The position numbers and the translations under genes are program-made. Below the pieces are notes generated by a model that saw only the letters and a program-made list of their open reading frames with translations, did not search any database and was not told the origin of the DNA. From Tricharina praecox (taxonomy: Eukaryota), in assembly GCF_024521635.1 (NCBI RefSeq), contig NW_026250404.1, positions 496,001 through 560,000 of the forward strand: a stretch of DNA of 64,000 nt, read 5' to 3'. Shown here piece by piece: positions 36,838 to 50,754 of the stretch. Position 1 is the stretch's first letter. Every line of letters starts with the position of its first letter.

Positions 36838-38680
36838 TTCGATCTTCTTATTCTGTAGGAAGATTTAAGGCTGTTTGGAGGGGGGAGGGGAGGGGGGAGT
36901 GTGGGTGTGGATCGGGATTGTTGGGGAGTTGTTGTGATCGGATTTACGGTGTCGTGAAATTGAGCGAGGGAGGAGGAGATATTATAATCTGATTTTTTTT
37001 TCGGTATCGCGGATACGTGAGGACAACAGTCTATTTAGACAAGAGGGGTTGTCACTTTGTTTCCGTCGAGGGGGTGGAGGAGGAGGAGGTGGTGGGTGGT
37101 GGTGGGAGGAGGAGGGGGGAAGGGCGGTGTCGAGCGTATGTAACGTGAGGGGAGGGGAAAACGGAAGAGAAGAGGATCTATCGAGTACGCGGTGGGGGTT
37201 GGGGTATAAGTATGGCAGCGGGCTTGGAATAATGGGGGAGTTTGGAGGTGAATAGAGGAGGAGACGGGGGCGTGGTAACTGGGCGGATAGAGAGCGAGTT
37301 CCGGGGGGGGGGGGTGGGTGTGGGTGTGGGTGTGCGGAGTGTGAGGGTGAATGGTGAATGGTGGGTGGTATTGTAGCCGGGTGCAGATGGTAGCGTTCGT
37401 TCGATTCCGGAGGGAGGGTGTGGGTAGAGAAGCGTGTGGTAGGGTAGGAGGGCAGGAGAGTAGATAGACGGAGAGGCTACGCTGTGGTTGGATGGGCTGG
37501 AAGGGCGGGAAGAGCGAAAACCGCCGTCAAGGACTGTTCGGGCGGATCAGATCACCAGTGCTGTTGGTGCTTGTCGGAGCTTGGGGGGGGGGATGTGGGA
37601 GCTGGTTCTGGCGCTGGTGCTGGTGCTGGTGCCGGTTCTAGTTCTGGTGCTGGTTCTCTATTGATGCTGGTGCTGGTGCTGGTGATGGTGGTGATGGTGG
37701 TGGTGGTGCTCCTCCCGCCTGGCCTGCCTGGCCGCTGCTGCTGCCGCTGCTGCTGCTGCTTCTTGTCCTGCTACTCTGCTACTTCTGCTGCTCTGCTTGC
37801 TGCTCTGCGACTCCACATAGCGCTCACTTTGCCTGGCCTGCCTGCCTGCCTGGCCTGCCTGCCTGGCTCTGGCTGTCTGCTTCGTCCGTTGCTTCTGCTC
37901 GTCGCGCATGGGTATAAAAAAGCTGCAGGTGCTGGGGGGGGCTACTGATTCGTTGGCAGAGAGTAAGGAACCAGGGGTGTCGATTGGGTGGAAGTTCCAA
38001 AAAAGAACCATTCACATCGCCCCCTCTCCCGTCTCACGCTGTAACTATCCTCCCTCCTCCCTCCGTCTTCCTCCTCCACAGCCCACTCAAAACCACCGCC
38101 CGAACTACCCATATCCATATCCATATCCATATCCATACCCTTACCGATTCAGTATGTACCCATACCATACCAGAAGTGTCCAGCATCCCCCCCCTCCCCC
38201 CAATCCTCCAGATCGTCCGTGAGCGCTGCTTCGCTCTTCTGCCTTCGCTCGCTCCAATTCTTCCCTTAGAGACAAGAAGATCACCTCGCTTTGCTTTGCT
38301 TTGATCCCCCCCGTCATGCTCCCTCACTCAAACGAGAAGGGAAGAAAAAAGAAAGAAAAAAAGAAAGGAAAAAAAGAACCACCCCACTACCCCCCCACCA
38401 TCCAAAACGCCCCTCTCCCCCCCTCACCCAGGAAATAATAACAATAATAATAATCCACAATAATAACAATGATCGTAATAATCGTAACAAACTGCTCCCA
38501 AAATTAATCGGGCGTCAAGTGCAAGGCCGTACCGTAATACTCGCACCGTCTGGTTTGCCGACACCTCCCATGATCCCATACCCTACATCCATCCGAGGCT
38601 CTACAAGTGGTATATCCCATCCATCCATCCATCAGCATCATCGTCCATCAATCAGATCCTGCGGATCCTCTGATCCTCTG

Positions 38681-38706
38681 CCCCCCCCCCCCCCCCCCCC
38701 CCCCCC
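38681..38706 (+). repeat. Poly-C tract (26 nt)
   Basis: Directly visible. Confidence 0.9.
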
Positions 38707-40280
38707 GACCCTCGTCCAATCCCATCCGTGTATCTATATGTATCCCGTCCTTGCCCACATTCCAAAACCACCACCCCCTCCCTCCCTCCCCTCCCCGACC
38801 CAGTGCCCACTGCCCACCCCCCGTTCATCCATCCATACACCCAGCCATACAGTGTCCTCGAGGGAGCGAGAGAGCGAGCGAGCGACCGCGCATCTTTCTC
38901 CGCGCGCCCACCCACACACACTGGTTCCTCGTACACCCGGCTTTGCTCGCTCCCTTCCCTCCTGATGGTTGGCTGTCCGATCTGGCTTCCTGGCTGGCTG
39001 GCTGGCCTGGATGGGGTGGTGGATGGATGGATGGACGGCGGACAGTGAATGCTGGATGCCGGATGGTAGATGGTGGATGGACGGCGGCGGCGGACGGTGC
39101 TGACCCTGCCTGCCTGCGAGACAAGACAGTCTGGACGAGACAGGACAGGACAGAAGGACTCGCACACCGATTCCCCCCAGAGCCAAAGCCCCATTCCGCT
39201 CGATTACTCGACTCTATGATACCTCTCGCCCCCCCTCCCTCCGAGACGGCATCTGCCTACTCTACCTACTCGCACTCGCGCTCACGCCAAAGTACCCTCT
39301 CTCTTCCTCTCTCTTGCTCACTCGCTCGCTCACCCCCCACCCACCTACAGGATAGGATAGGATACCTCTACCTAGGGTATACCCCCGTAGTACACAGTAC
39401 TTAGGCACCTAGAGCACTCTGCAGCGAGCGGTGTCTGTGTGTGTGCAGCTCCTCCCACAGGCAGACAGGCAAGCCAGTACGGTCCGGTCCACTGATCCAG
39501 CTCGCCCAAGCGGAGGGCAGGGTGCATTGGCCGGAAAGGCCAGGCCTCGTAGCTTTCTCATTCTCTTTCCGTCTCTCTCTCTGTATGTCTGCGGACAGGA
39601 AGCCCGGTCCTGGGTATGTAGGTAGGTAGGGACTCATTGAAGGAGGGGGAGGGGTAAGGGGGGGAGAGGGCTCATAATGCTGGAGTAGGAGGTAGGAGGA
39701 GTAGGAGGAGCATGTAGGAGGCTCTCGGATCTCGAGTTACCCCTCCCTTCACTCCCCTCCCCTCCCCCCGTCCCGCCAGCTATTCCCCGTAATCCGTAAT
39801 CCGTAACTCGTTCCCTTCTCTTCTTCCTGGTAGAGTACTCCTCCTCCCCGAGTACTCCTACTCCGAGGAGGACGATGTCCTCACTTCCTATTATCCGATT
39901 CCTTCTTCTGTCTTTTAAGAAAGAAAAGAAAATTTCCTTTCGAGGGAATAAAGAATAAAAAAAAAAACAAAGGAAGAAAAAATAAGAAAAAACCAGGCTG
40001 GATGCTGGCTGGCTGGCTGGCTGGATGTCCGCCTCGATGCCACGATTCCACGAGATCTTTTTGTACGCATGCTCCACGGAGTACGGAGGGAGTACGGAGG
40101 GAGTGAGTGCGTGAGTGAGTGCGTGATCCACAGCCTGCACAGTTGCACCGGCGATGGGAGAGCTCTCGAGTGTCTCTGCACTCACACGGACTCTGGATGG
40201 ATGGTGCGTGCAGACTCCATCCACCCTATCCGTACTCTACTGGCAGTCATCCTCTATGTAGAGTACCGGTAGCCATCCAT

Positions 40281-40419
40281 AATCCATCCACAATCCATCC
40301 ATCCACAATCCATCCATCCACAATCCATCCATCCACAATCCATCCATCCACAATCCATCCATCCACAATCCATCCATCCACAATCCATCCATCCACAATC
40401 CATCCATCCACAATCCATC
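40281..40419 (+). repeat. 15-bp minisatellite (CAATCCATCCATCCA), ~9 copies
   Basis: Directly visible. It gives the HPSTI/MDGLW repeats in spurious ORFs. Confidence 0.95.
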
Positions 40420-43400
40420 GCGGCCTGCGGACTGCGGACTACGTACATACTTCTGACTTACATACATATCGACATACATACACCCAACCAGAGCGGAGCG
40501 GAGGAGTGGCATGACTCCTACATACATAAAGTAAAGCTTCACTGATAGATTATGTAGACATCTGCGTACATGCCGCATCGATATCTGAGTACATACTACA
40601 TACTACATAACCAAGTGCTTAGATATGTACATAACCTATCTACTCCGATACCCTACATAACGAAGTACTCTATCCTGCGCCGAGTGAAATATATGTATGC
40701 AGAGTACCTATGCAGAGTACCTATGCAGAGTATGCAGAGACGGGGACGGAGTGAGTGAGTGAGTGAGTGAGTGAGTGAGTGAGGGCTGGAGAGGGAGACG
40801 AAAATGTTCCGGCAGCTGGCTGGCCAGTAAGTCCGTAGGCGTACTATACACACGGAGGTAGCAGGAGATCCTCCATCTCCTCCACCTTATCCACCTCATC
40901 CTCGCCCATCTCATCACCGAGACAACAAGAACAAGGCCAGGTCGATTCTGCGAATTCTGCGAAAAAAGTCTCAAAATCTCAAAACCCCCATGGGCCCATG
41001 GGGCATTAAAGACCCAGGACTCGGAGTGCAAATTGTAGCTGTCGCTGCCAGTGGGTGTGAACTGGTGAGCTGTCCCGTCGACGTCGTCGTCGCAGCCCTC
41101 ACAGTTTACAGCCCTCCCTCTCCATCCTCGTCCTTGTAACAGAAAAAGAAAAGAGAGAGGAAAGAAAAAAGAGAAGAAAAAGCAAATCTGTCTGTCTGTC
41201 TGTTTGGCTGGCCCCCAAACCGGCAGACAGGCAGACGAGCAGACGAGCACAGTCTACAGCACTACCTCATCGTCGTCGAGGCTGCTCGACTGACTGACTA
41301 GTGACCACTTGCGAACGAGCGAGCGAGCCACAGGAATGCATTATGGATGTGTGGGGACTCTGGACTCGGGAGTGAGGAGTGTAGTGTACACCGGAGCACC
41401 ACATACAGATACTCGAGTGTCGACGTACTGTGCGGTGCAAGGTGCGGTGCGACCCCCATCTTACAGCCGCAGTGCAGCGCTGCTCAGAGCATGACCCCCC
41501 ACTAGAATACCCTCACCTCACATTCATCCTCACCCTCACACTCATCCGCGATTACCCCCGTTCCCCGCCACCGTCGCCGCCGTTCCCGTGCTTGTCCCCG
41601 TGCTTGTCCCCGTGCTCCTCGTGCTCGACGCCGAGTGCTCGCCGTTTCGGAAAGTATAACCAAACCCGCTGTGGGCACTAGGCAATAACCACACTACGGT
41701 GCACGATGGGATCCCAAACCAAACTAAACCATTGGACGTGGATCGTCCTGGTAGGCAAGTATGCACATTACGTAGGAAACGTAGAGTAGAGTAGAGCACA
41801 TAGAGTACGGTATGTACGGTATGGTAGATCCGGCTGTAGACGGCCTAGGGCTGGGTTGGGCTGGGTTGGGTTGGGTTTGGGTTTGGGTTTGGGTTCCCCT
41901 TCGTAGGGTTCCGCTTCGTAGGGTAGATAGGGTAGGGTAGCATAGCTTTGGCAACTTTGGTAACTTGGGTACTCTAACAGTTGGGTTACAGTTTTCCGCT
42001 CATGTGGGGAGACGGAGCCGAAGCGAGCTCTTCCTCGTGGGGTTGGGTACTCTACATGGAGGTCGGTAGAGTACGAGCGCGCGTGCACAAACCGAAGCAA
42101 CGACGGCCAAACAACGGCGGATCGCTGGGAGGCGATGAAACAACGGCACCCTCCGACTACCTAGCATGCCTACTCCCGACCCCTCCACCCCGACCCCTCT
42201 TCCAACCTGCGCCACCAGGGGAAACGAAACGAGGGAAACGAAACGATCGAACCGTTTAACGAACCGCGTACGGTACCGGCTATCCGTTGCATGTGCCGCT
42301 GGTGGTGGTGATATCATAGAGTATGTATCTACGGCAGAGTGGATATATGCTATGTATACACAACCCACTCTATAGTATCCTGTGTAGCGGCGCTCAACCT
42401 ATCTACTATTACTCTAGAGCGATAGAAGCCTAGCTACCGTACCTATACCTACCATAGGCTCGATGTCCAGTGTCCAACAGCCAGTAGCCAGTAACCAGTA
42501 ACCAGTAGTCACAGCAACTGGAAGGGGGAATTACGCCCGACCCCTCCGCGACCGACGTCAGCTCAGATCAGATCAGGCGCGGCGCGGTGCGGCGGCGGCG
42601 CGACATGATCATGATCGGTATCGAGTCTATGTATAGATGGGTAGTAGTATAGGCCATAGCTCGAGCTCTCCTCCTCGAGACCGGGGACGGGAGACGGTCC
42701 ATCCAACCATCCAGTGGCAGCACTCAGCTACGCCAAGCCTTGTCGCGCCACGGCCGGAGAGCAGGAGAGGAGCAAACGGTCACGCGGCTGGTGTCGAATA
42801 TCTAGGTAACATGTAACTGTGATATGATATGGAGCCAGCCTTGAGGATAGCGATGTCGGATAGGTACTTGGGTAGCCACAGTAAGCACGGCGGGGTTTGA
42901 TTTTCGTATGGCACATCACATCACATGCTACATACATAGGCGGACGTCGAGGCAGCCGCGTTATCCATATAGTAGCATACTCGTACTCCTGCCATGTAAG
43001 TACCGGAAGTGTTTGGGAATGTGGTACGGTACTTGGGTACTGAAGATCATCGATATCGATATCGGCATATGACACCCCGCGATCCAACGAACCGGAGGAG
43101 GCGAAGGAGGCGGAGGAGGAGACGGATCAGAAGCTTCACGACGGATCCGGAACACCGGCAAGTCTCCGTGGTACATATCCGTGCGGAGGAATGATCTCGC
43201 TGCTGGTGCTGGGTGCTGGGAGTGTCAGCGTCCTTGTCACAAACATACCGTGTGTACAGCCTCGTATACAAGCGGGGGCTGAACTCGGTACAATTCTTTC
43301 GCCCGCACGCACGTGCCAGCTTGGCCCGTCTCCCCAGCTCGCACCTTCTCCGTCGGATGTTTGATATCCCTCCTTGCCCCCGGTGCCCCCGTGCCCCCGT

Positions 43401-45994
43401 GCCCCGTGTATTTCCCATTGGTGGTGCCCCTCCCCCCGGCCCCTCCCCGTCTCCGTTCCCTGCAGGGGTGAGCCCGCTCCGAATCCCGATCCCCGAGACA
43501 CCCAGCTTCCAAGGGTCAATGATCGATCTAATCTATCTAATCCATCTCATCTCCCCTCGCACCCCTCGCACCCCTCCCTGCCTGCCCCTCACCACCCTCC
43601 CCTCTACATACTCGAGTAACTGCTACTCTAGTGGGTACCCCCCAAACCTCCCCACGGCCAGAACCTAGACGAGGCAGCGGTGAAGATGAGAGAAGACCAG
43701 CGAGCGTGCGTGCACTGCAGTGCAGTGCGCATCCCGGCCAGAAAAAACCTGCCTGCTTGCACTGCGTGCATCATCCCACCACACCCAGCAGGCTGCGACT
43801 TCCCAACTCGATCGGTGGCAGTACGTACTCTACGTCAAAAGGTGCGCGAGAGAGGGAGAGAGGGTGAGAGAGAGAGGGTGAGAGAGAGAGGGAGAGAGAG
43901 AGATCGCACACCCACACACAGAACTGGAACTGGGTGAAAGGTGATGGTGGGTGATGGTGAACGGGAAGATCTGCCGAAATACCCACACGGAGGTGTGGCA
44001 TCCTAGTTAACACTCACGCACCCAACCCACGCACCGGCGAGCGAGCGAGCCAGAGGAAGAGAAAAAAAGAAAAAGGAAAGAAAGAAAAATATACATCCAA
44101 CCCTGCGCATGAATCTCGAGGTTTCAGTTCACTGCCTGTCTCTGCCTGTCCTTGTGTCTCTGCCTGTCGCAGCGTGTGTCCATCTGGCATCCGTCCAATC
44201 CACGCGGGCGGATGACATACATACCACCGTACATCCCGTACTCTAGATACATCATACTATAGATTTGCACCACCTCTTCCTCTTCCTCTTCCTCTTCTCC
44301 GTGTGTGTCTCGCGAACACACGAGCAGAGCAGAGTACGGCAGAGCGTGAGGGGTGACAGAGAACACGGCATAAACGGACTGTGGGGTTGATCGATATCGA
44401 TTATCGATACTCTGCTCTCGTTCACTCTACAGCCCCACCTCGTATGTAACCAAACCAAACGAGACATCACTTTCACGACCATCCCCCCTCCATCCCCCTC
44501 CCCTCCCGCATCCCCCCACCTCCCGCTCCCCAACATCGACGTCAACAACACCTCGATCCAAACCCGAATCAACGGTTGCACGAAAAACGGAAGAGCGGGG
44601 GAGAGGGAGAGAGAGAAAATAGATATGATCTATCATACCCACCGCAGACCCACCGCCGACCCTACTTACCCACCGCAGGCCTCGCGATGTATGCTATGCC
44701 TGATGGTCTGTATGTAGGACGATTGTGGGGAATCCCGATTTCCCCTCGGGAGGGAGGGAGAACATCACGCACCCACGGAACGTGAGCGGACAAGCGAGCT
44801 CTTTGCGGGATGGTACCGTTGGGAGCGTTAGCTAGTTTGTCATAGTCTATCTGGATATGTACGGTACATACATCATGCTAGAGTAGTTGGGTATGTATAA
44901 CTAATAGTACTTGGGCTTCGCCACTGGATCTTGAGAACTTTGGGGGTCAGTTGAACGCGGACTGCGATGTATGAGGTGTGTAACTGGCCCGGTCGAGGGA
45001 AAGATGAAGTACCGGTACATCCATAAGAACTGTGGGTAATGAAACCCGAGTGTAGAGTATATACAGTACAGTCCAGACAGAAAACCAGGCTTCCATCCAT
45101 ATTTCGAACCGGGACTCCAAGTTCCCAAATCGTGAAGCCGGCCAGGAAGATTTTTTTACCAAAAACGTCCACCCGCTACTCCCCAACTACGATCACGATA
45201 GTTACGCGCATCCGCATGCCGCATGAGTGCATCCGAGCGGAGACGAGGAAAAGGCGAGGAAGACGAGGAAGGAAGCGCCCAGAATCTAGATTCAACTATT
45301 TTTTTCTTCCTTTTTTTTTCTTTCTCGCAACTCCGGTCGTAAAAGTACAACTACACCGAGGACTCTACTCAGATCGTCGACGATCCAAACCCAATAGAAG
45401 AATAGAAGACTCCCTCCCTCCCCCCTCGCCGCTCCGCTCTGGATCCTCCACCCCCCCGATCCTCTAACCCATCCCCCGCCGCCCGCCGCAGACGAACCAC
45501 CACCACCCCACCATGCCACCCCCACCTCACTTAGCCCCTAGGTGCCCAGAAAACTAACCTTTATCGTCATCGGGCGTCATCATTCTTCTTCATCTTCATC
45601 TTCATCTTCTTTTCTCCTTCTCTTTCTCGCTCGCGACGGAGAGCAGCACAGTTTAAATACCCAACATAGACTCCATTCATCCAGGTTTCTACTTGAGTAC
45701 ATTACCAAACCAATGGACGCCATACCGTACCTAACCGTTAACTGGACTGAACCCAAGCACTAATCTGGTATTCGCAAGCAATCAAGAGAAAAAAAAAAAA
45801 AACCAAAGGGCCACTCCTATCCGAAAACCGTACTCCATTCCTATGCGTGTTGCCAACATCCAAACAAAATAACAAAATAACCCCAGAAGAGAAAAAATTA
45901 CAAAAAATAAATAGTTCCGGCTTCTGGTATATGGTTACACGCTGGCTGGATGGCTGGCTGGCTGTTGTTTTGTTTGCTGTTGTTGTTAAGGTTA

Positions 45995-47965
45995 TTAGAA
46001 TTGGATGAAATCCTGTTGAGGATCCAACTCCTCGCCGCCCAGAGGGAATCCAACGTCCGAGAGAATGTCGGAGTCAACATCGGACTGAAAGTAATCTTCG
46101 TGGTCCTGCTCGTCACTGGAGTTGCTGTTGCTGTTGTCGCTTCCATCATTTGGAGATTTGGCTTCTTCCGCAGTAGCCGCCGCAGTGGCCGCCGCCGCCG
46201 CCGCAGCCCTTCTTCGACCAGCATGTTCGACATGCTGAAGTTTGCACTTGTTGTTGGTACAGACCCCAGTTTTGTCGAACGTCGGACATTCGAAAACGTG
46301 ACGTTCGGTGCACTCGGCTCCTTTGGGACAGTACCCCAAGGTGGCAAAGCGCTCACATACAGATGCTGCCGGGTTCACCCTGACATGCGCGTAGCGGCAG
46401 TTCGAATTCACGCAATTGCCGCGCACAAAGTGGTGGCAAGCTGGGACCCTGTGTGGGGTGGGATCATGGGAAAGGTCGCACATGTCTCCATCCGGGCACG
46501 TACCAGATGTAAGGAAGCGCTGACAGATGGCGACCTCATTGGGGTCGTGGACGAACGGGCACGATAACCCGTGCTTGCACTGACCTACACACCAGCGGTT
46601 AGGACCGTCTCGTCAGTAAATGCACACATCTCCTGATCGTGGTGGGTTCGGGGGCCAGTCAACGATAAACGTGATCAGATCGTCCAACGTCTCGGAACAA
46701 GCCCGCATACACCCCCCGTGATCGTCCGCGGACGGATGCGGAGTTCCAAATTAACAGTTCTAGGAAGGCAGTCGAATACCAGTAGTTGAGTAGTACTTGC
46801 ACGGCTCGGTGGATTTCCTTGGAGCTGCGATTCTGCTGTGACGACCGGTTGAGCCCTGGGTTAGTGATGTCCATCGCGGCGTCGTTTGCAGGAAGGCGCT
46901 GCGGATATGCTGAACTGACCGAGACGCGCGTACGAGTCCTGCTCGCCACAGATTTCCATTTCGACTCCGCTGATACCGAACACCGCCAATTACAGCCTGT
47001 TTTGGTGTTGAGGTGGTGGCGTTCCCTGCATAGAGCACCGTCACGTTAACTGAATTCGACCTACCGGGCAGACGGCCCTGACGTAGAGTGCTGTTATCCT
47101 CACCCGACACCCGGACTAGCTTGTTACCACCTGCGGCGAGCCGGTAACGGCCTCCTCCAAACTCGAGCTCACGGCCAGCACCCTGGGAGCCCTGCATGAG
47201 GCGATTAAGCTTGGACTTCTCAAGTGCCTCTTTCCTCTTGATTTTCTCCGTAAGGGTCTTCGCCGCGGCCTTGGTGCGATCCTGAACATGCTGGTCATAG
47301 ACTGAGGCGTTGATCAGCTGCATGTGCGCGCCCCGCTTCGCCACCCAGCCCGAGGCTGCAGCAGGAGCCGGAGGAGGCGGGGATTTGATGGCTTCCTTTG
47401 TAGTGGTAGGTCCTCCTGCAGGCTTTGAGTCGAGAACCGCTGCAGCTGTAAAAGGGGCCGGGCCGTTTGCAACGCCCTTGGTAGACGTAGTCTTGTTGTT
47501 GATCACCAGAGAGCGGTTGTGATGGACGGCAACTGCGCCTCCTCGGCCTCGACCTCGTCCTCCTCTGCCAGCAGCAGCAGCACCACCGCCCCAAGGCGCA
47601 TATCCGCCGCGATTTGACTGCCAGTAAGAGTTTCCGCGGCCTCTTGAGGGCGCTGCGTGTAAGAAGTGGGTCAGCGACGCGCGTGGGGATCGGGGGTGTC
47701 GGAGGATCGGGGGAGGGAGGGATCGGGGGGCGGTGGACGGGCGGTGTAGATCCGGATTACGTACCAGGAGCGGCGGTGTAGTTACGGGCCGGAGCAGGTT
47801 CGACGGTTTGCTGGTTCTTGTGGCGATTGATTTGTCCTGTAGTTTTTGTCGGCCCCGTTAACGAACGAACTTATGCTCCACTTTGTCTGCTTCTGCGTGC
47901 GAAGGCGGTCGCTTACCGGCTAGCTGGCTTATTCGTGACATCAAGTCCCCGTGATCTTCCGACAT
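45995..47965 (-). CDS. CCCH zinc-finger protein, ZC3H3/Red5-like (nuclear RNA surveillance/3' processing)
   Basis: The N-terminus MSEDHGDLMSRISQLAG|QINRHKN spans intron 47837-47916. Further introns lie at ~47653-47764, 47026-47103, ~46836-46919 and ~46584-46779. There are five tandem CCCH fingers (CKYYSTTGQCKHGLSCPFVH, CQRFL..., CHHFV..., CERFA..., CPTFD...) and an acidic tail. Confidence 0.85.
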
Positions 47966-50656
47966 TGCTTTACGTTGCTTTGCTTCGGGGGTTGTATTAA
48001 GTTGCTTTTCGACGAATGGATGGAGAACTGGGGGCGGGGAGGGGGCGGGGGGTAGTAGGAGGATGCAGAGTACACTGGGGGATGTGGGTGGGAGAGTAGT
48101 TGGTTGATGGGATCGGGGATTTCGCTTGGGAGCGGTGTGTCGTCGTCGATGCGACCGCGCCCCTTCAAGGGCACCGATTTGTCTTGGCGCGGAACGTACG
48201 GCTGAAGGCTGACGGCCGGGTGGCTTATCGGGAGCTGGCGTGTGGCTGGACAGAACCGCACTTGCCTGCCACACTCACTCACCATCACGTCACGCTTCTC
48301 TGACCCTCGGAACGGCAACTGCATTCATTCGCCATGGCCCTTGAACCATTCCATTGTCAGTTGTCCGTATCTTTTTTCCAATTGGCCAGAAGAGCCCCAT
48401 CCTCGAGCGGGGGCCGACGAAGGGGAGGGGCTCGTGAAAAATCGAACCACCTGAACAACTCACTCACGGGGCTAGAGAGAGACGTCCTACCCCCTCCCCC
48501 TCATCAGCAGCAGGAGCAGCAGCAGCATCATCGTCATTCCGTACCTATCACATCCCCAGAATACGGCAAGTTGTTTTCTGTCACCAGCACCAAGCGCAGC
48601 GTACCAAGCAGCCCAAAGCAGGGCTATGCAGTACCGTCTCGATCGGGCATCAGGCGGACACACACAGCAGTCCCTTCCCAGTTCCAGCGACGAGTACCTG
48701 TCCCCAGCTCATCACTCGGACCAATCCGCTTCGTTAAAACCCGCAACTTGTTTTACCCCCCATCCCAACAACAACAATGACAACAATAACAATGACAACA
48801 ATAACAATAACAGCAAATTGACAAATGCCAAAAATGATGCCAAATGCCAAAATACATGCTAAATTGCTAAATGCTTATTCGGCGATAAATACCTCTCATT
48901 CTCTTTGGTGCTCTTCGGTCCCAACTTTTGGTGTGCGCGCACACGCATGATGCCCCCGTAACGATCGTTACCCACTCGTGCATCCCACCCCCACCCGCCC
49001 GGCGGCGGTCGACATGCGTACGGTGGTAGCGGTTTCTGCGGCCCGCTATCGACGGCTGATTGGGGTCTGCTGCTCTGCTCGTGCTTATCGAAAAGGTAGC
49101 CAGTGCGTGCGAGTCACGACCGAGCGGCGGCGGCGCGGGAGGCGAGAACGGGAGGGGCGACGTAGAGTACATATGATCATACATGGCATTACTGAGGTAA
49201 GTACTTCGGTGGCATAGGGCGGACACCAAAGCAAGCAAGCAAGCAACGCTGTTGGACTTCTCGCTCGCGCCCTCCCTCGCGCCTCGGCTTCGGCGGTTGT
49301 TAGGGTCTCACGCATGTATGTATGTACTTGGGTAGGAGGTATGTATGTAGCATATGTAGCTCGCAGCTCGACGGCCCAGACTAAGGCCGTGTGCTGCCTG
49401 TCCCGTGCTGCCGGTTGCCATCCGTCCAATAGCCTCGTGTTTGTTTATCCGCCAATTCGGTGCGAGCTCTAGAGTGCGAATATACCTACAGTAGGCAGTA
49501 GTTAGGGTAGTACATAGGATGGTTAGAAGCACTTCGCTACGCAGTCCGAGTGAGCGATCGAGACGGGTACTCTAAAGTGCTAGTAGGTAATCGCTGCTCA
49601 TGATCAGCCCGCACCGCGCCGGCCGTTCTCTATCAAATCTGCAACTGCAACTGCAAGTCTGCAACTGCAACTGTCAGACAGATATCGGTTGGGTAAGTTA
49701 GGTAGAGTGATTAGAGTATATAGAGTAGAGTAGAGTAGAGTGCTATACTTATCTGCGCCCGTTGCGTGCGCGGCGCGGAAATCTCGAGAGGGGATAGGAT
49801 AGGTAATCGGGGAGGAAACGAGGGGGGGGTTCACGAGCTGAGGCGGCCTGGTCAATCGGGGAAGACGGCCGCTCAACCACGGCTACTCTAAACCAATAAT
49901 CCAACCGGCATCCTTGTTTGTTTTCGTCCTCGCAGAAAAACATATCGACATAGGTATCTCTCTCCAAAACCCAGAGTACAAATAAACAACCCGTTGCGAT
50001 CGATTGATTAACCGCCTGTACCTCGACATCATTCGAACCCGCCAAACAAAACACCGCTCATTCTTCCTCTCTCGAATTTTTTTTCTCGCAAACTAAATCC
50101 CCCCTCCCCCGTCCCCCTCCCCTCCCCCCGCCGGAAGAAAAACCCACACTTGCGCATGCCCGCCGGGTGAGCCTCTCATTGGAGCCCGCACGCAGGCAGC
50201 GTCCGCCGCACCCGATATCAGTTCCTGTCCTTTCCTGTCCTGCGTTTCCCCTCACCTTTAAAAAAACAACAAAAAGAAAAAAGAAACGTAATACACAATA
50301 TCCCCCATCCCATGCGCTCGCCCGAGTGAGTGGCATTTTACGGCCCTCCCCCACCCCTCTCTACGCATCTTCCTCCCGCCCTCCCGCCGCGGCGCCGCCT
50401 ACTGCTCCCTGCTGCTGCTTCCTGCTTCCTGCTTCCTTCCTGCACGCACGCACATAAGGAACCCCGAAATGCCATGCATCACGACCGCTCACTCGGAGCT
50501 CGGAAATCGGGGGCGGAAATCGGGGCGGAAATGAAGCAATTATACCCCTATACTGCCTCTATATACCACCGCCACCACTGCCACCACACTTCCACGTAGG
50601 TATGTGTGTAGCATGTCTCATGCGAGCGAGCGAACGCCTTACATGAATGACGAGCA

Positions 50657-50754
50657 GCACGTAGGATGTATGTAGCGGCACGTAGGATGTATGTAGCGGC
50701 ACGTAGGATGTATGTAGCGGCACGTAGGATGTATGTAGCGGCACGTAGGATGTA
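50657..50754 (+). repeat. 21-bp minisatellite (GCACGTAGGATGTATGTAGCG), ~4.6 copies
   Basis: Directly visible. Confidence 0.92.

Noticed and set aside
37658..38011. Poly-Ala/poly-His ORF upstream of the bZIP gene
   Set aside because: It is composed of trinucleotide and hexanucleotide microsatellites, with no domain or splice evidence.
40281..40419. CRISPR-like or coding interpretation of the tandem arrays (also 32841-33004 and 50657-50754)
   Set aside because: The units are head-to-tail with no unique spacers, the context is eukaryotic and there are no cas genes. The repeat peptides are SSR translations.
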